This document shows, in pieces, positions 18,532-29,200 of a DNA stretch of 37,677 nucleotides. The stretch covers positions 1 through 37,677 of the forward strand of contig JBDIWJ010000013.1 of the NCBI GenBank assembly GCA_039638295.1, read 5' to 3'. The notes under the pieces were generated by a model. The model saw only the letters and a program-made list of their open reading frames with translations, was not told where the DNA came from and did not search any database. The translations under genes and the position numbers were made by a program. The DNA comes from Candidatus Phoenicimicrobium oleiphilum (GTDB lineage Bacteria > Atribacterota > Phoenicimicrobiia > Phoenicimicrobiales > Phoenicimicrobiaceae). Each line of letters starts with the position of its first letter. Positions within the stretch are counted from its first letter, which is position 1.

Positions 18532-20067
18532 TTAATATAACCATAACTTACGATCAAGACTGCGATATTGAATTGCCTCAGATAAGTGGGAGATTTTAAT
18601 ATTTTTTGATTGTTCTAAATCAGCAATGGTTCGAGCTACTTTTAAAATACGGTCATAAGCTCGGGTGCTAAGATTTAGTTTATCTATTGCTTTATAGAGT
18701 AAGTTTTTACAATTTTGATCAATTTGACAATATCTTTCTATTTGTTTTTTGGACATTTGAGCATTACAGAAGATGTTATCTTTGCTAAATCTTTCTCCCT
18801 GTATTATTCTTGCTCTTTCCACTCTTTTTCTGATAGTGGTAGAATTCTCAACAACTTCTTTTTCCATAACTTCTCTACAATTTACGCGGGGAACTTCAAT
18901 GTGGATATCTATTCGGTCTAATAAGGGACCTGAGATCTTTGAACGATATTTAATAACCTGAGATGGGCTACAGGTACAAGCCTTAACCGGATCTCCAAAG
19001 AAACCGCAAGGACAGGGATTAAGCGATGCAACCAACATAAAAGAAGCTGTATAAGTAACAGAATTAAGGGAACGAGAGATGGTAACTATTCCGTCTTCTA
19101 AAGGCTGTCGCAGTGATTCTAATGCACTCCGAGAAAACTCGGGCAATTCATCCAAAAACAATACTCCATTATGAGACAAACTAATTTCACCTGGTTTAGG
19201 AATTTTCCCTCCACCAATTAAGCCAGAATTACTTATGGTATGATGTGGTGCCCTGAAAGGTCTCTCTGTAATCAAAGGAGTATCTGCAGGCAACAAATTA
19301 GCTATGCTATATAACTTTGTAATCTCTATGGATTCCTCTAATGTTAAAGAAGGAAGAATGGATGGAAGTCTACGGGCTAACATAGTTTTTCCCGAACCTG
19401 GTGGACCAATCATTATTACATTATGACTCCCTGCCGCAGCTACTTCTAAGGCTCTTTTGGCATGTTCCTGCCCTTTAACCTCAGAAAAATCTATTTGATT
19501 GTCCTTGTTTTTATGGAAAATATCTTTTGTGTCAACTAATACTGTGTCTATAGTTATTTTCTTATTTAAAAAATCAACTACCTCATAAAGAGAGATAGTA
19601 GGAAATACTTCTAATTGTTTAATTATTCCCGCTTCTTTTGCATTTGCCTGGGGTACCAGTAATTTTTTTTTACCTGATTTATTAGCCATTAAGGCAATAG
19701 GCAGGACTCCATTTACTGGTTTAATGCTCCCGTCCAGGGATAATTCTCCTATTATTATATGTTGATCTAACAAATCTGATTTTACTTGCCCGCTAGCAGC
19801 TAATATGCCTATAGCAATAGGTAAATCGAAAATTGGCCCCTCTTTCTTGATATCTGCCGGGGCAAGATTTACGGTAATCCTTTGCATAGGAAATTCAAAT
19901 TCAGAATTTTTTATGGCAGAACGAACTCTTTCTCGAGATTCCTGAACTGCGGTATCAGGTAATCCCACAATATTAAATAAAGGCAATCCTGGACGAACAT
20001 CAACTTCGACTTCTACTATATATGCATCTACTCCGAAAACGGTAGCACTATAGAGCTTAGATAACAA
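18532..20067 (-). CDS. comM: YifB/ComM family Mg-chelatase-like AAA+ helicase
   Basis: [67 protein letters not shown]. Confidence 0.95.
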   Translation of the reverse strand: MLSKLYSATVFGVDAYIVEVEVDVRPGLPLFNIVGLPDTAVQESRERVRSAIKNSEFEFPMQRITVNLAPADIKKEGPIFDLPIAIGILAASGQVKSDLLDQHIIIGELSLDGSIKPVNGVLPIALMANKSGKKKLLVPQANAKEAGIIKQLEVFPTISLYEVVDFLNKKITIDTVLVDTKDIFHKNKDNQIDFSEVKGQEHAKRALEVAAAGSHNVIMIGPPGSGKTMLARRLPSILPSLTLEESIEITKLYSIANLLPADTPLITERPFRAPHHTISNSGLIGGGKIPKPGEISLSHNGVLFLDELPEFSRSALESLRQPLEDGIVTISRSLNSVTYTASFMLVASLNPCPCGFFGDPVKACTCSPSQVIKYRSKISGPLLDRIDIHIEVPRVNCREVMEKEVVENSTTIRKRVERARIIQGERFSKDNIFCNAQMSKKQIERYCQIDQNCKNLLYKAIDKLNLSTRAYDRILKVARTIADLEQSKNIKISHLSEAIQYRSLDRKLWLY

Positions 20068-20115
20068 AAAGACACCTACTTTTATTATATTCTTTATTAA
20101 TTGAAAGAGTCACTA

Positions 20116-20478
20116 TCAAAAATCAATACTAAAGGCATTCTCAATATGCTTGATACGGTTTATACTTTTATGAGTAGAAATACTGACTAATATAACATCA
20201 AAACGAGTATTTGTTTGCCAAAGACGATATTTAGCCAGATAATTTAAGGCATTTTTAATTATTTTTTTCTGCTTAGTTAAATTTATTGCCTCTCCCGGAT
20301 GCCCGAATTTATCAGAACATCTGGTTTTTACTTCTACAAAAATAATATTACCTTTATACTCACTAATTATATCGATTTCTCCTAAAAAAGTACGATAATT
20401 TCTTTCCCTAATTCTATACCCTTTTGCTTCTAAATATTTAGAAGCTGCTTCTTCTCCAAATTTTCCTATATTTTTCAT
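20116..20478 (-). CDS. yraN: YraN (UPF0102) family nuclease
   Basis: GKFGEEAA, GYRIRERNYR..GEIDII, FVEVKTR, RFDVI, HIENAF. Confidence 0.95.
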   Translation of the reverse strand: MKNIGKFGEEAASKYLEAKGYRIRERNYRTFLGEIDIISEYKGNIIFVEVKTRCSDKFGHPGEAINLTKQKKIIKNALNYLAKYRLWQTNTRFDVILVSISTHKSINRIKHIENAFSIDF

Positions 20479-20529
20479 TTATGTAGTAATAATTCCTAAC
20501 CTACTGTAATTTCTATCTATAATTAGAGT

Positions 20530-21231
20530 CTATATCGCAATTACCCCTTTATAAGTTTTTCTATGTATTTCTGAAGCTCCGTATTTTTTTAAAGCAGTTA
20601 AATGTTCTTTTGTACCATATCCCTTATTTTTTTTAAAATAGTATTGAGGGTATTTTTGGTCATATTGCACCATTATATTATCTCTATAAACCTTCGCAAT
20701 TATGGATGCACTAGCTATGGAAATACTTTTATCTTCTCCTTTTATTAATGGTAATTGAGAAATATTCACCTGGGGGATTTTAAAGCCATCTACAAATAAA
20801 TAATCGGGAACCTTTTTTAAATTTATAATTGCTTTTTTCATTGCCAGGAATGTAGCCTGGCTAATATTTATTTTATCAATAATATTTGCACCGACAATTC
20901 CAATCCCTACATCTATTGCTTTTTCTAATATTACATAATATAGCTCGGCTCTTTTTCGGGGAGTTAGTTTCTTGGAATCTTTAATATAAGGGATAAAACA
21001 TTGATTGGGCAAAACTACGGCAGCAGCCACTACTGGTCCAGCTAAAGACCCCCGACCCACCTCATCTATACCAGCTATTAATGAATATCCCGCATTTTTA
21101 AATCCATTTTCGTATTTATATAGATTAAAAATTCTCACTCTTTCCAGGTATAATTTCTCTATCTTCTTTTGATAATTGCCAATAATTAATTCTGGCTTTT
21201 CTGATAACCGTTTTCTATTTTTAAGCTGCAT
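20530..21231 (-). CDS. rnhB: Ribonuclease HII
   Basis: AGIDEVGRGSLAGPVVAAAV, DSKKL, SIASASIIAKVYRD, KGYGTKEH. Start moved to the ATG just after the rplS stop. Confidence 0.97.
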   Translation of the reverse strand: MQLKNRKRLSEKPELIIGNYQKKIEKLYLERVRIFNLYKYENGFKNAGYSLIAGIDEVGRGSLAGPVVAAAVVLPNQCFIPYIKDSKKLTPRKRAELYYVILEKAIDVGIGIVGANIIDKINISQATFLAMKKAIINLKKVPDYLFVDGFKIPQVNISQLPLIKGEDKSISIASASIIAKVYRDNIMVQYDQKYPQYYFKKNKGYGTKEHLTALKKYGASEIHRKTYKGVIAI

Positions 21232-21235
21232 TTTA

Positions 21236-21580
21236 TTATCTTTTTTCTTTAAGTATACTGCTTTTACCAATTCTTTCTCTAAGATAATATAACTTTGCCC
21301 TTCTAGTTTTCCCTCTTTTTAAGACTACAATTTTTTCAATATTTGGGGAGTGAAGCTGAAATATTTTTTCTATACCCACACCTTTTGAAACTTTTCTTAC
21401 TGTAAAAGTTTCTTGATTTTTACTATGTTTTTTAGCAATTACTGTTCCCTTAAAAACCTGTACTCTTTCTCTATTGCCTTCAATAATTTTTTGGTGTACT
21501 TCAACAGTATCCCCAGGTACAAAGAGATTACTTTCATTTTTTACTTGCTCTTCTTTTACTTGATTTACATAATCTACCAT
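21236..21580 (-). CDS. rplS: 50S ribosomal protein L19
   Basis: [42 protein letters not shown]. Confidence 0.98.
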   Translation of the reverse strand: MVDYVNQVKEEQVKNESNLFVPGDTVEVHQKIIEGNRERVQVFKGTVIAKKHSKNQETFTVRKVSKGVGIEKIFQLHSPNIEKIVVLKRGKTRRAKLYYLRERIGKSSILKEKR

Positions 21581-21632
21581 ATTATCTCATCCTTCCTAAT
21601 TGTTTTTTAGATAATTTTCTTTTTTATTATTA

Positions 21633-22397
21633 TTATTTTTCTTCGAAATAATTTTCAATTTCATAAAGCAAATCAGTCTCTTCATCTGTTAACTTTTTAT
21701 TTATAAAAATCTCGGGTCTGCGAATTAATGTCCTTAATAATGATTGTGCTCTTCTCCATTTTTCTATTTTTTTATGGTCTCCTGATAATAATACTTTAGG
21801 AACTTTTATGCCTTGAAACTCCTCTGGCCTGGTATAATGAGGATAGTCAAGATAATCATAGTAAAAAGAATCATTAACCATAGATTCTTCTTTGCCCAGA
21901 ACCCCGGGTATCATTCTTGAGATTACATCTACCATCAACATAGCTGGTAATTCTCCACCACTAACTACAAAATTTCCTATTGAAACTTCTTCTGCATTAA
22001 GTAGTTTGGGGATGCGTTCATCTATACCCTCATATCTACCACAAATAATTAATAATCGCCTTTCTTTTGATAATTCTTTCGCCATTTTTTGGTTAAATAT
22101 TTTCCCTTGAGCTGAAGTAATTATGACCTTTAAAGGAATGTAAGGCTTGGTACTTTTTTTAATTTTTTCTACTGCATCCCAAATAGGTTGAGGTTTTAAT
22201 ACCATACCCGGTCCACCACCATAAGAATAGTCATCTACTGTTTTGTGTTTATCCAAAGTAAAATCCCTAAGGTCTATTATATTAATTTTTATCAGACCTT
22301 TTTCTTGGGCTCTCTTTAATATACTTTCAGAAAAAGGACCTTTGAACATATTAGGGAAAATAGTCAATATATTAATTTCTAAACATTTATCTTTCAT
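21633..22397 (-). CDS. trmD: tRNA (guanine37-N1)-methyltransferase
   Basis: LTIFPNMF, DDYSYGGGPGMV, CGRYEGIDER, SGGELPAM, YPHYTRP. Confidence 0.98.
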   Translation of the reverse strand: MKDKCLEINILTIFPNMFKGPFSESILKRAQEKGLIKINIIDLRDFTLDKHKTVDDYSYGGGPGMVLKPQPIWDAVEKIKKSTKPYIPLKVIITSAQGKIFNQKMAKELSKERRLLIICGRYEGIDERIPKLLNAEEVSIGNFVVSGGELPAMLMVDVISRMIPGVLGKEESMVNDSFYYDYLDYPHYTRPEEFQGIKVPKVLLSGDHKKIEKWRRAQSLLRTLIRRPEIFINKKLTDEETDLLYEIENYFEEK

Positions 22398-22903
22398 ATT
22401 AAACCATCGATTACATTTATAATTATTCTTTTCCTTTTTAAATCTATATCCTTTACCACCTCTCGAATAGCCGGGATTAATATTTCTTTTTTATTCTTGT
22501 TTTTCACAATATATACATCATTGCTTCCAGTATTTATTACATCTTCTATCTTCCCCAAAAATTCGTTGTCGTTAGTATATACTTCGAGTCCGATTATATC
22601 AAAAATAAAATAACTATCTTTGGGTAATTTTATGGCATCGCTTTTTTTTACTTCAAGGAAAGAGCCGACAATCATTTTAGCTTTCTCTATATTTTCTATT
22701 TCTTCTATTTTTAGAATAACTACATTTTTATCAATTCTTAAATTATCTATTTTTAATAATCTTCTATTATTTTCTCTTCCAATAAACACATCAGTTAATC
22801 TTTTAAATCTATCAATTGAATCAGTTAGAGGAATAACTTTAACTTCTCCTTTATTGCCTTGAGTTGAAACTATCTTTCCAATTATAATATATTCTTCACT
22901 CAA
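22394..22903 (-). CDS. rimM: 16S rRNA processing protein RimM
   Basis: IGKIVSTQGNKGEVKV, TGSNDVYIV, ILIPAI; position between khpA and trmD. Confidence 0.96.
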   Translation of the reverse strand: MSEEYIIIGKIVSTQGNKGEVKVIPLTDSIDRFKRLTDVFIGRENNRRLLKIDNLRIDKNVVILKIEEIENIEKAKMIVGSFLEVKKSDAIKLPKDSYFIFDIIGLEVYTNDNEFLGKIEDVINTGSNDVYIVKNKNKKEILIPAIREVVKDIDLKRKRIIINVIDGLI

Positions 22904-22924
22904 TAAACTCCTCCATTTAACTTA

Positions 22925-23100
22925 CAAGATTGTCAGGAGAGCAAACTCCCCTGAAACCACGCTATAGCTTTGGTTATTTCTTTCCGGTTTTACACTTTAC
23001 TTTTCCTGAGCCTTACAAACTGGTTAAAATCCATTCTTTATTCATAAAAATTTATTTTAGCATCGGAATTTCAAAAAAATCCGATGCTCTAAAATAAATT
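22925..23100. repeat. Family A copy 4 with the palindrome module in reversed orientation
   Basis: CAAGATTGTCAGGAGAGCAAACTCCCCTGAAACC...TTTTCCTGA; AGCATCGGAATTTCAAAAAAATCCGATGCTCT (23059-23090) within AATTTATTTTAG/CTAAAATAAATT arms. Confidence 0.9.
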
Positions 23101-23330
23101 TAGTTAATTATTTCGATAATTACTCGTTTATTACTATTTTGAGCAGCTGCATTGGCAATAGTTCTTATTGACTTTATGTTCCTGCCTTGTTTGCCTATTA
23201 TCTTCCCCACATCTTGGGGGTCAGCTTTTATTTCAAATATTAAGGTTTTTTCTCCAATAATTTGGTTTATTTCCACCTCTTCGGGTTTGTCTACTATTCC
23301 TTTTATTATAAATTCAATAAGTTCTTTCAA
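23100..23330 (-). CDS. khpA: KH-domain RNA-binding protein KhpA (YlqC)
   Basis: LKELIEFIIKGIVDKPEEV, DVGKIIGKQGRNIKSIRTI. TTG start behind AAGGAG. Confidence 0.95.
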   Translation of the reverse strand: MKELIEFIIKGIVDKPEEVEINQIIGEKTLIFEIKADPQDVGKIIGKQGRNIKSIRTIANAAAQNSNKRVIIEIIN

Positions 23331-23347
23331 AAACATCTCCTTGCACT

Positions 23348-23599
23348 TTATTTATTTTTTAATATTCCAGCTTTTTTAAATAAATCTTTAACTGTTTTGG
23401 AAAGTTGAGCACCTTTTTCAATCCATTTTAAGCTTGATTCCTTATCAATTTCAAAAACATAGGGATCTACAAGTGGTTGATAGTATCCTAATTTTTCAAT
23501 ATATCTACTTTTTGCAGGTTTCCTGGAATCAATTACTACAACTTTATAGAAAGGTTTCTTCTTTCCCCCTTCTCTTCTAAGTTTAATTTTTACTGACAT
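23348..23599 (-). CDS. rpsP: 30S ribosomal protein S16
   Basis: VKIKLRR.G.KKKPFYKVVVIDSR, IEKLGYYQP, WIEKGAQ.S.TV. Confidence 0.97.
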   Translation of the reverse strand: MSVKIKLRREGGKKKPFYKVVVIDSRKPAKSRYIEKLGYYQPLVDPYVFEIDKESSLKWIEKGAQLSKTVKDLFKKAGILKNK

Positions 23600-23723
23600 T
23601 CATTTGTTCCTCCATTCTATTATTTACATTTTTAATTTTTGTGCTTTTTATGAACGTAATATATCACACTCTTACTCCATTTTTCTACAATTATATTTTA
23701 TATTCTTTATTCCTTTACACCAT

Positions 23724-23737
23724 ACTAACGACTAATT
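23724..23737. repeat. Isolated ACTAACGACTAATT cap overlapping the ffh stop codon
   Basis: Exact 14-mer match to 9104-9117 and reverse complement of 5455-5468. Confidence 0.75.
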
Positions 23738-25058
23738 AATTAAAAGAAATATTTTTTAGAGTTGGACCCTTTTTTAATATTTCTTTTAATTTAAAAAATT
23801 GTTTTAATAATCTATTTATTTCATTAATTTTTGTTCCACTCCCTCGAGCAATTCTTTTTCTTCTGCTTCCATTGATTATATAAGGATTTCCTCTTTCTTC
23901 AATGGTCATTGAACTTATTATTGCTTCGTATTTTTTTAGTTCACTCTCTTCATTCGCCAAATTACTAAATTGTAATCTATTTTTTATATTATTAAAACCA
24001 GGAATCATATCTACAATCTGTTCTATTGAGCCAATATTTTTTATTTTTTTTAGTTGGAAATAAAAATCATTTAAATCAAAATCATGACTCCTTATTTTTT
24101 TATCTAAATTTTTTAATTCTTTCTCACTATAAGTAGATTCGGCTTTTTCTATTAAGCTTAATATATCACCCATTCCTAATATTCGAGACGCCATTCGTTC
24201 AGGATGAAAAGTTTGTAAATTATCAATCTTCTCGCCTATACCTATAAATTTAATGGGAATTCCTAAAACTTTCTTTAATGATAAGGCAACTCCACCACGA
24301 GAATCACCGTCTAATTTTGTTAGAATAATTCCACTTATATTTATTCTATCACAAAATATTTTTGCTGAATTTAATGCATCCTGCCCTGCCATTGCATCTA
24401 CAATTAATAATTTTTCTTGGGGAGAAATATTTTTATCAATCTCTTGTAATTCATTCATTAATTTATCATCAATATGCAATCTTCCTGCTGTATCTATTAT
24501 TAATACATCAATACCTTTTTTATTAGAATATTTTATTGCTCCTTTGATAATATCAATAGCGTTTTCGTTTTTCCCCATTGAAAACACTGGTAAATTTGAT
24601 TTTTCCCCTAATATTTTTAATTGTTCAATCGCTGCTGGCCTCTGTATATCAGTAGCTATTAAAAGTGGCTTATATCCTTTTCCCCTAAGATAATGCCCCA
24701 ATTTTACTGCTGTTGTAGTTTTTCCAGTGCCCTGTAAACCTGCTAATAATATTATGGTAGGGGGTTTCGAATTTATTATAATATTATTTTGCTTTGAACC
24801 TAATACTTTGGTAATTTCTTTATTTACAATTTTTATAATTTGTTGAGCCGGAGTTAGACTTTCCGAAACTTTTTCTTGCTGAATTTGCAGATATATGTCA
24901 TTAATAAATTCTTTAACCACTAAATAATTTACATCAGCCTCTAAAAGAGCAATACGAATCTCATGAAGACAATTTTTAATGTCATCTTCATTTAACTTAC
25001 CCCGATTTTTTATCTTTCTAAATATTGTTTGAAATTTATTAGTTAGATTATCAAACAT
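23736..25058 (-). CDS. ffh: Signal recognition particle protein
   Basis: ALLEADV, GLQGTGKTT, DTAGRL, TKLDGDSRGG, FHPERMASRILGMGD, SRRKRIARGSG. Confidence 0.98.
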   Translation of the reverse strand: MFDNLTNKFQTIFRKIKNRGKLNEDDIKNCLHEIRIALLEADVNYLVVKEFINDIYLQIQQEKVSESLTPAQQIIKIVNKEITKVLGSKQNNIIINSKPPTIILLAGLQGTGKTTTAVKLGHYLRGKGYKPLLIATDIQRPAAIEQLKILGEKSNLPVFSMGKNENAIDIIKGAIKYSNKKGIDVLIIDTAGRLHIDDKLMNELQEIDKNISPQEKLLIVDAMAGQDALNSAKIFCDRINISGIILTKLDGDSRGGVALSLKKVLGIPIKFIGIGEKIDNLQTFHPERMASRILGMGDILSLIEKAESTYSEKELKNLDKKIRSHDFDLNDFYFQLKKIKNIGSIEQIVDMIPGFNNIKNRLQFSNLANEESELKKYEAIISSMTIEERGNPYIINGSRRKRIARGSGTKINEINRLLKQFFKLKEILKKGPTLKNISFN

Positions 25059-25108
25059 AAAAAAAATAACTCCTCTTATTTTGAGTCATTTATCATTTCC
25101 AATACTAT

Positions 25109-25266
25109 CAAGATGGTCAGGGGAGTGAACTCCCCTGAAACCCCTCTATCTCTTTTTTTACTCCACTTCGGTTTTATATAAAACTTTCTCTAAAAATCTT
25201 GTTAGAATCAATTGTTTTTTAAAAGTATTAATTAAGAGCATCGGAATTTTTGAAATTCCGATGCTC
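25109..25266. repeat. Family A copy 5 (near complete)
   Basis: CAAGATGGTCAGGGGAGTGAACTCCCCTGAAACCCC...AATCTTGTTAGAAT...GAGCATCGGAATTTTTGAAATTCCGATGCTC. Confidence 0.92.
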
Positions 25267-25306
25267 AAAAATACCCCTATAAGTATATAGAAAATAATGT
25301 TTGGTG

Positions 25307-26239
25307 TCAAACAAGAAGAGCTTCCACAAATTTATTTGCGCTAAAATAATATAAATTATCCAGTTTTTCCCCCATACTAATAAATTTAATTGGAATATTT
25401 AATTCTTTTTTAATAGCAATTGCTATTCCACCCTTAGCTGTTCCATCCATTTTTGTAAGGACAAGACCGGTTATCCCTAGTGACTTGTTAAAAAGGGAGG
25501 CCTGAGAAATGGCGTTCTGTCCCATTGTAGCATCTATTACTTGCAATATTTCCAAGGAAAAATTCTTTGCTTCCTTCTTAATTACCCTATTAATCTTTTC
25601 TAATTCATTCATTAGATTTATTTTCGTATGTAAACGACCTGCAGTATCAATTATTAATACATTCTTTTTTCTTGCCTGGGCAGAGTTAATTCCATCATAT
25701 ACTACTGAAGCTGGGTCGGCACCTTCTTTTGCATTTATCATCTCTACTCCTACCTGGTTGGCTAAAATTTTTAGTTGTTGAATACCTGCTGCTCTAAATG
25801 TATCTGCAGGAACCATCAAAATATTATTATGTTCTTTTTTCAATAAATAGGCAATTTTCCCGGCAATAGATGTTTTGCCAGAACCATTTACTCCCACTAT
25901 CATAATGATATTTAATTTTTCTTTATTGATATCAATTTCTGCATTATTGCTGTTTAGGATTTCTATTAAAATATCTTTTAATTTTTCCTTAAAATAAGCG
26001 AAATTATTTTCTTTGTATTCTTGAAAACGCATTTGATTAAACTCATTCAATATTTCTTTAGTGGCTAATACCCCTACATCAGACAATATTAACAGTTCTT
26101 CCAATCTTTCCATAAAATCTTTTTTATTATTTGATTTGTTAAATAATAATTCAAGTCTGCCAGCTAATTCTCTTCTGGATTTATCTAGGCCGCTCTTAAA
26201 TTGAGAAATAATATTAATAATCTTCAAGGTTATTTGCAT
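25307..26239 (-). CDS. ftsY: SRP receptor FtsY (short, no acidic domain)
   Basis: GVNGSGKT, ADTFRAA, DTAGRLH, DATMGQN, TKMDGTAKGG. Exact start uncertain. Confidence 0.97.
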   Translation of the reverse strand: MQITLKIINIISQFKSGLDKSRRELAGRLELLFNKSNNKKDFMERLEELLILSDVGVLATKEILNEFNQMRFQEYKENNFAYFKEKLKDILIEILNSNNAEIDINKEKLNIIMIVGVNGSGKTSIAGKIAYLLKKEHNNILMVPADTFRAAGIQQLKILANQVGVEMINAKEGADPASVVYDGINSAQARKKNVLIIDTAGRLHTKINLMNELEKINRVIKKEAKNFSLEILQVIDATMGQNAISQASLFNKSLGITGLVLTKMDGTAKGGIAIAIKKELNIPIKFISMGEKLDNLYYFSANKFVEALLV

Positions 26240-26245
26240 TCCTCT

Positions 26246-29200
26246 CTATTTGCTAAATTTAACAGAAACCAATTTTGAAATACCCGAATCCTCCATAGTT
26301 ATTCCGTATAAAGTATCTGCTGCTTCCATCGTAGTCTTTTGATGAGTAATAATTACTAATTGAGATTTACCCAATTCTTCTCCTTTTAACAAAGAAGAAA
26401 ACCTTTCAGTATTGATTTCATCTAAAGCTGTATCAATTTCATCAAAAAAACAAAATGGACTGGGATTTACCTTCCATAGGGCTAATAAAAGGGCAATGGC
26501 AGTTATAGCCCTTTCACCCGAAGATAACAATTCAATACTCCTTGTTTCTTTCCCGGGAGGACGGGCGATTATGTCTATCCCCGATTTTAGGGTATCTTCT
26601 TCAAGATTAAGATATAAATCTGCTTCGCCACCATTGAATAACTTCTTAAATATCTCTTTAAAATGTACTTTTACTTGATTAAATGTTTCTATAAATCTTT
26701 TTGTGGCAATTTGATCAATTTCTCTATTTATTTTATCTAATATCTTTTTTGCTCGAGATATTTCGTTATATTTTTCCCACAATATATTATATCGAATTAA
26801 TTGATTTTGATACCTGGTCTCTGCCTCAAAATTTATCTCTCCCATTTTTATAATATCATTTCTTAAAATTTCTATTTTTTGGTTGGCTTCTCTTTGAGAA
26901 GAAGATTTATTTTTATATAATTTTAAATCTTCAGGGAGGATTTTATAGTTTTCTATAACTAAATTCTCAATATTTTTTTGTTTTTCCTGATATTGCACTT
27001 CTATTATTTCTTCCTTATGTTGTTCATCCTTATTTTGTTCAAATAATAATAACTTTTCATCTTTGTCTTTTATTATATTTTCCAATAAATTAGATTTTTC
27101 TTGAATAACTCTTTCTAATTCGTCTTTACTTTTTATAAATGAATAATCTCTTCTATTTAGTTCTTCTAGCTGGGCTTTATATTCTTCAGCAGTTTTCTTT
27201 AGCTTATTAATATCTTTTTCATATTCCTTTATAATATTCTTTTTAGTGTTTAAATCAGAAAAATATTCATTTAGATAGAATGATATATTTTCATCTTTAT
27301 CTTTGAGATTAATCTCTTTTTGTTTATTAATTAAAATATAATTGTCAATAGAATTAATATTATTTTTAATACTACTAATAATAATATTTTTTTGGTTGAT
27401 AATATTATCGATAATTTTAATATTATTATTGATATTTGTATTATATTTATAAATATTATTATTTATTTTGTTAAAGATACATTGTTTTTTAGAAATTGAT
27501 TTCTTTTCTTTGATAATATTTTCTTCTTCTTGGGCAAGATTATTCAAAGTATTTTTTAATTCATTCAGGGAAATACTCGTCCTGTTTAAATTATCTAGAT
27601 TTTCTTTAGTATCTCTCTCGCTTTTTTGTAAAATGTCTTTTAATTTTTTGTTTTCCTCTATTAGTGAACAATAAATATTATTGTATTTATTTAGAGAGAA
27701 TTCATCATCTCTAATTTTAATTTTTAGCTTTTCTATTTCTTTATCTAATTTATTAATTTCTCTTTCAATATAAAATACATTTTCATCTTTATCTTTTGAG
27801 CTTATGCCTAAGTTGATAGTTCCATTTAAATCTATAACCAGACCATTTAAAGAGACAATTTTATATATTCCTAAACATTTTTCGTATAAATTGAGGGCAG
27901 CTTGTGTATTTTCAACAATCAAAATATTTCCCAATAATACCTTAAATAATTTTTTATATTCTTCTTTACAGGTAATTAATTGACTTGCAAAACCACAGAT
28001 ACCTTCACCATTAATTTTCACATTATTTTCCGAGGGAATAATCTTGGTATTTCTTATCAGTTCAAAAGGTATTATTTTTATTTCATCTATTTCATTCTTA
28101 AATAAAGAATAAATAACATCAAGAGTGGAATGGATATCATCAACAACAAAGGAATTTAAACTTTCTTTCAGGGAAATCTCTATAATTTTTTCATATTCTG
28201 GGGGGATATAGTCAATTAGTCGTATTAATTTTGTACAAATTCCATCTGGATGCTTTTGATAATACTTTGAAATAAATAATTTTTCCTTTTCTTCTTCCAT
28301 ATATAAATTATTTTTAATTGACTTAACCAGAATATCTTTTTTTTCTTCTTTTATATTAATATTTTGCTTATCTTTTTCTAAAGATAATCGTAATTTATTT
28401 AATATGCCTTCAACTTCTTTTATTCTTTCCTCAATTTTTTTAATATTATTTTTTTCCATTCTTTTTTTATCTTCTTTTAGAGCTTTTCGATATTCATTTT
28501 CTTTTTCATTCATAAATTTTATTTTTTCTTCTAAAATAATTTTATTTTTTCTGATTTTATCTAAATTTGAATTTAAAATATTTATAGTAGTGTTATATTT
28601 TATCTCCCTCTCTCTTAAAAATAATTCCTTTTCGTAAAAACTTTTTGATATTTTTTTAAAATTATTCTGGGCAGAAGAAATTGAATTAATGAATCTTATT
28701 CCTTTATTAAATTCTATTTTTAAATTATTTAGTTTTTTGTTTAACTCATCTAATTTTTTATTAATTTTCGATATATCTGAATACAATTCTTTCTTATTTT
28801 CATTTAAAAGAGAAATTTTCCGACTTAAATTTTCGCTATCTTCTTTTAAAGAGATTAATCTTTTCTCAAGATCATTCTTTTTTTGACAGATTAAATTAAA
28901 TTCATTCTGGATAGCGTTTTTTTTGTTATCCAGCTCATAATTTTCATAGATATATTTTTCTTTTTCTCTATTTAAATTAGTTAGTTCTTCCTTCAAAGTA
29001 TTTATTTTTGTTTCTTGTTTTTCAATACTCGTAAATATTTCCTCTCTGTTTTCCTTTAGCCGTTCTATTTTTTCCTTAATTTTTAATAAGTTTGTTTTAT
29101 ACAAATAATATTTTTGATAAATTAAATAGAGTTCCAAATCTTTAATTTCTTGTTGATATGACTTATATTTTTTTAAATTTTTTGCTTCCTCTTCAAAAAA

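Noticed and set aside
23658..23690. Promoter upstream of rpsP (TGATATATT extended -10)
   Set aside because: Plausible, but there is no -35 at canonical spacing, so it is not listed as a feature.
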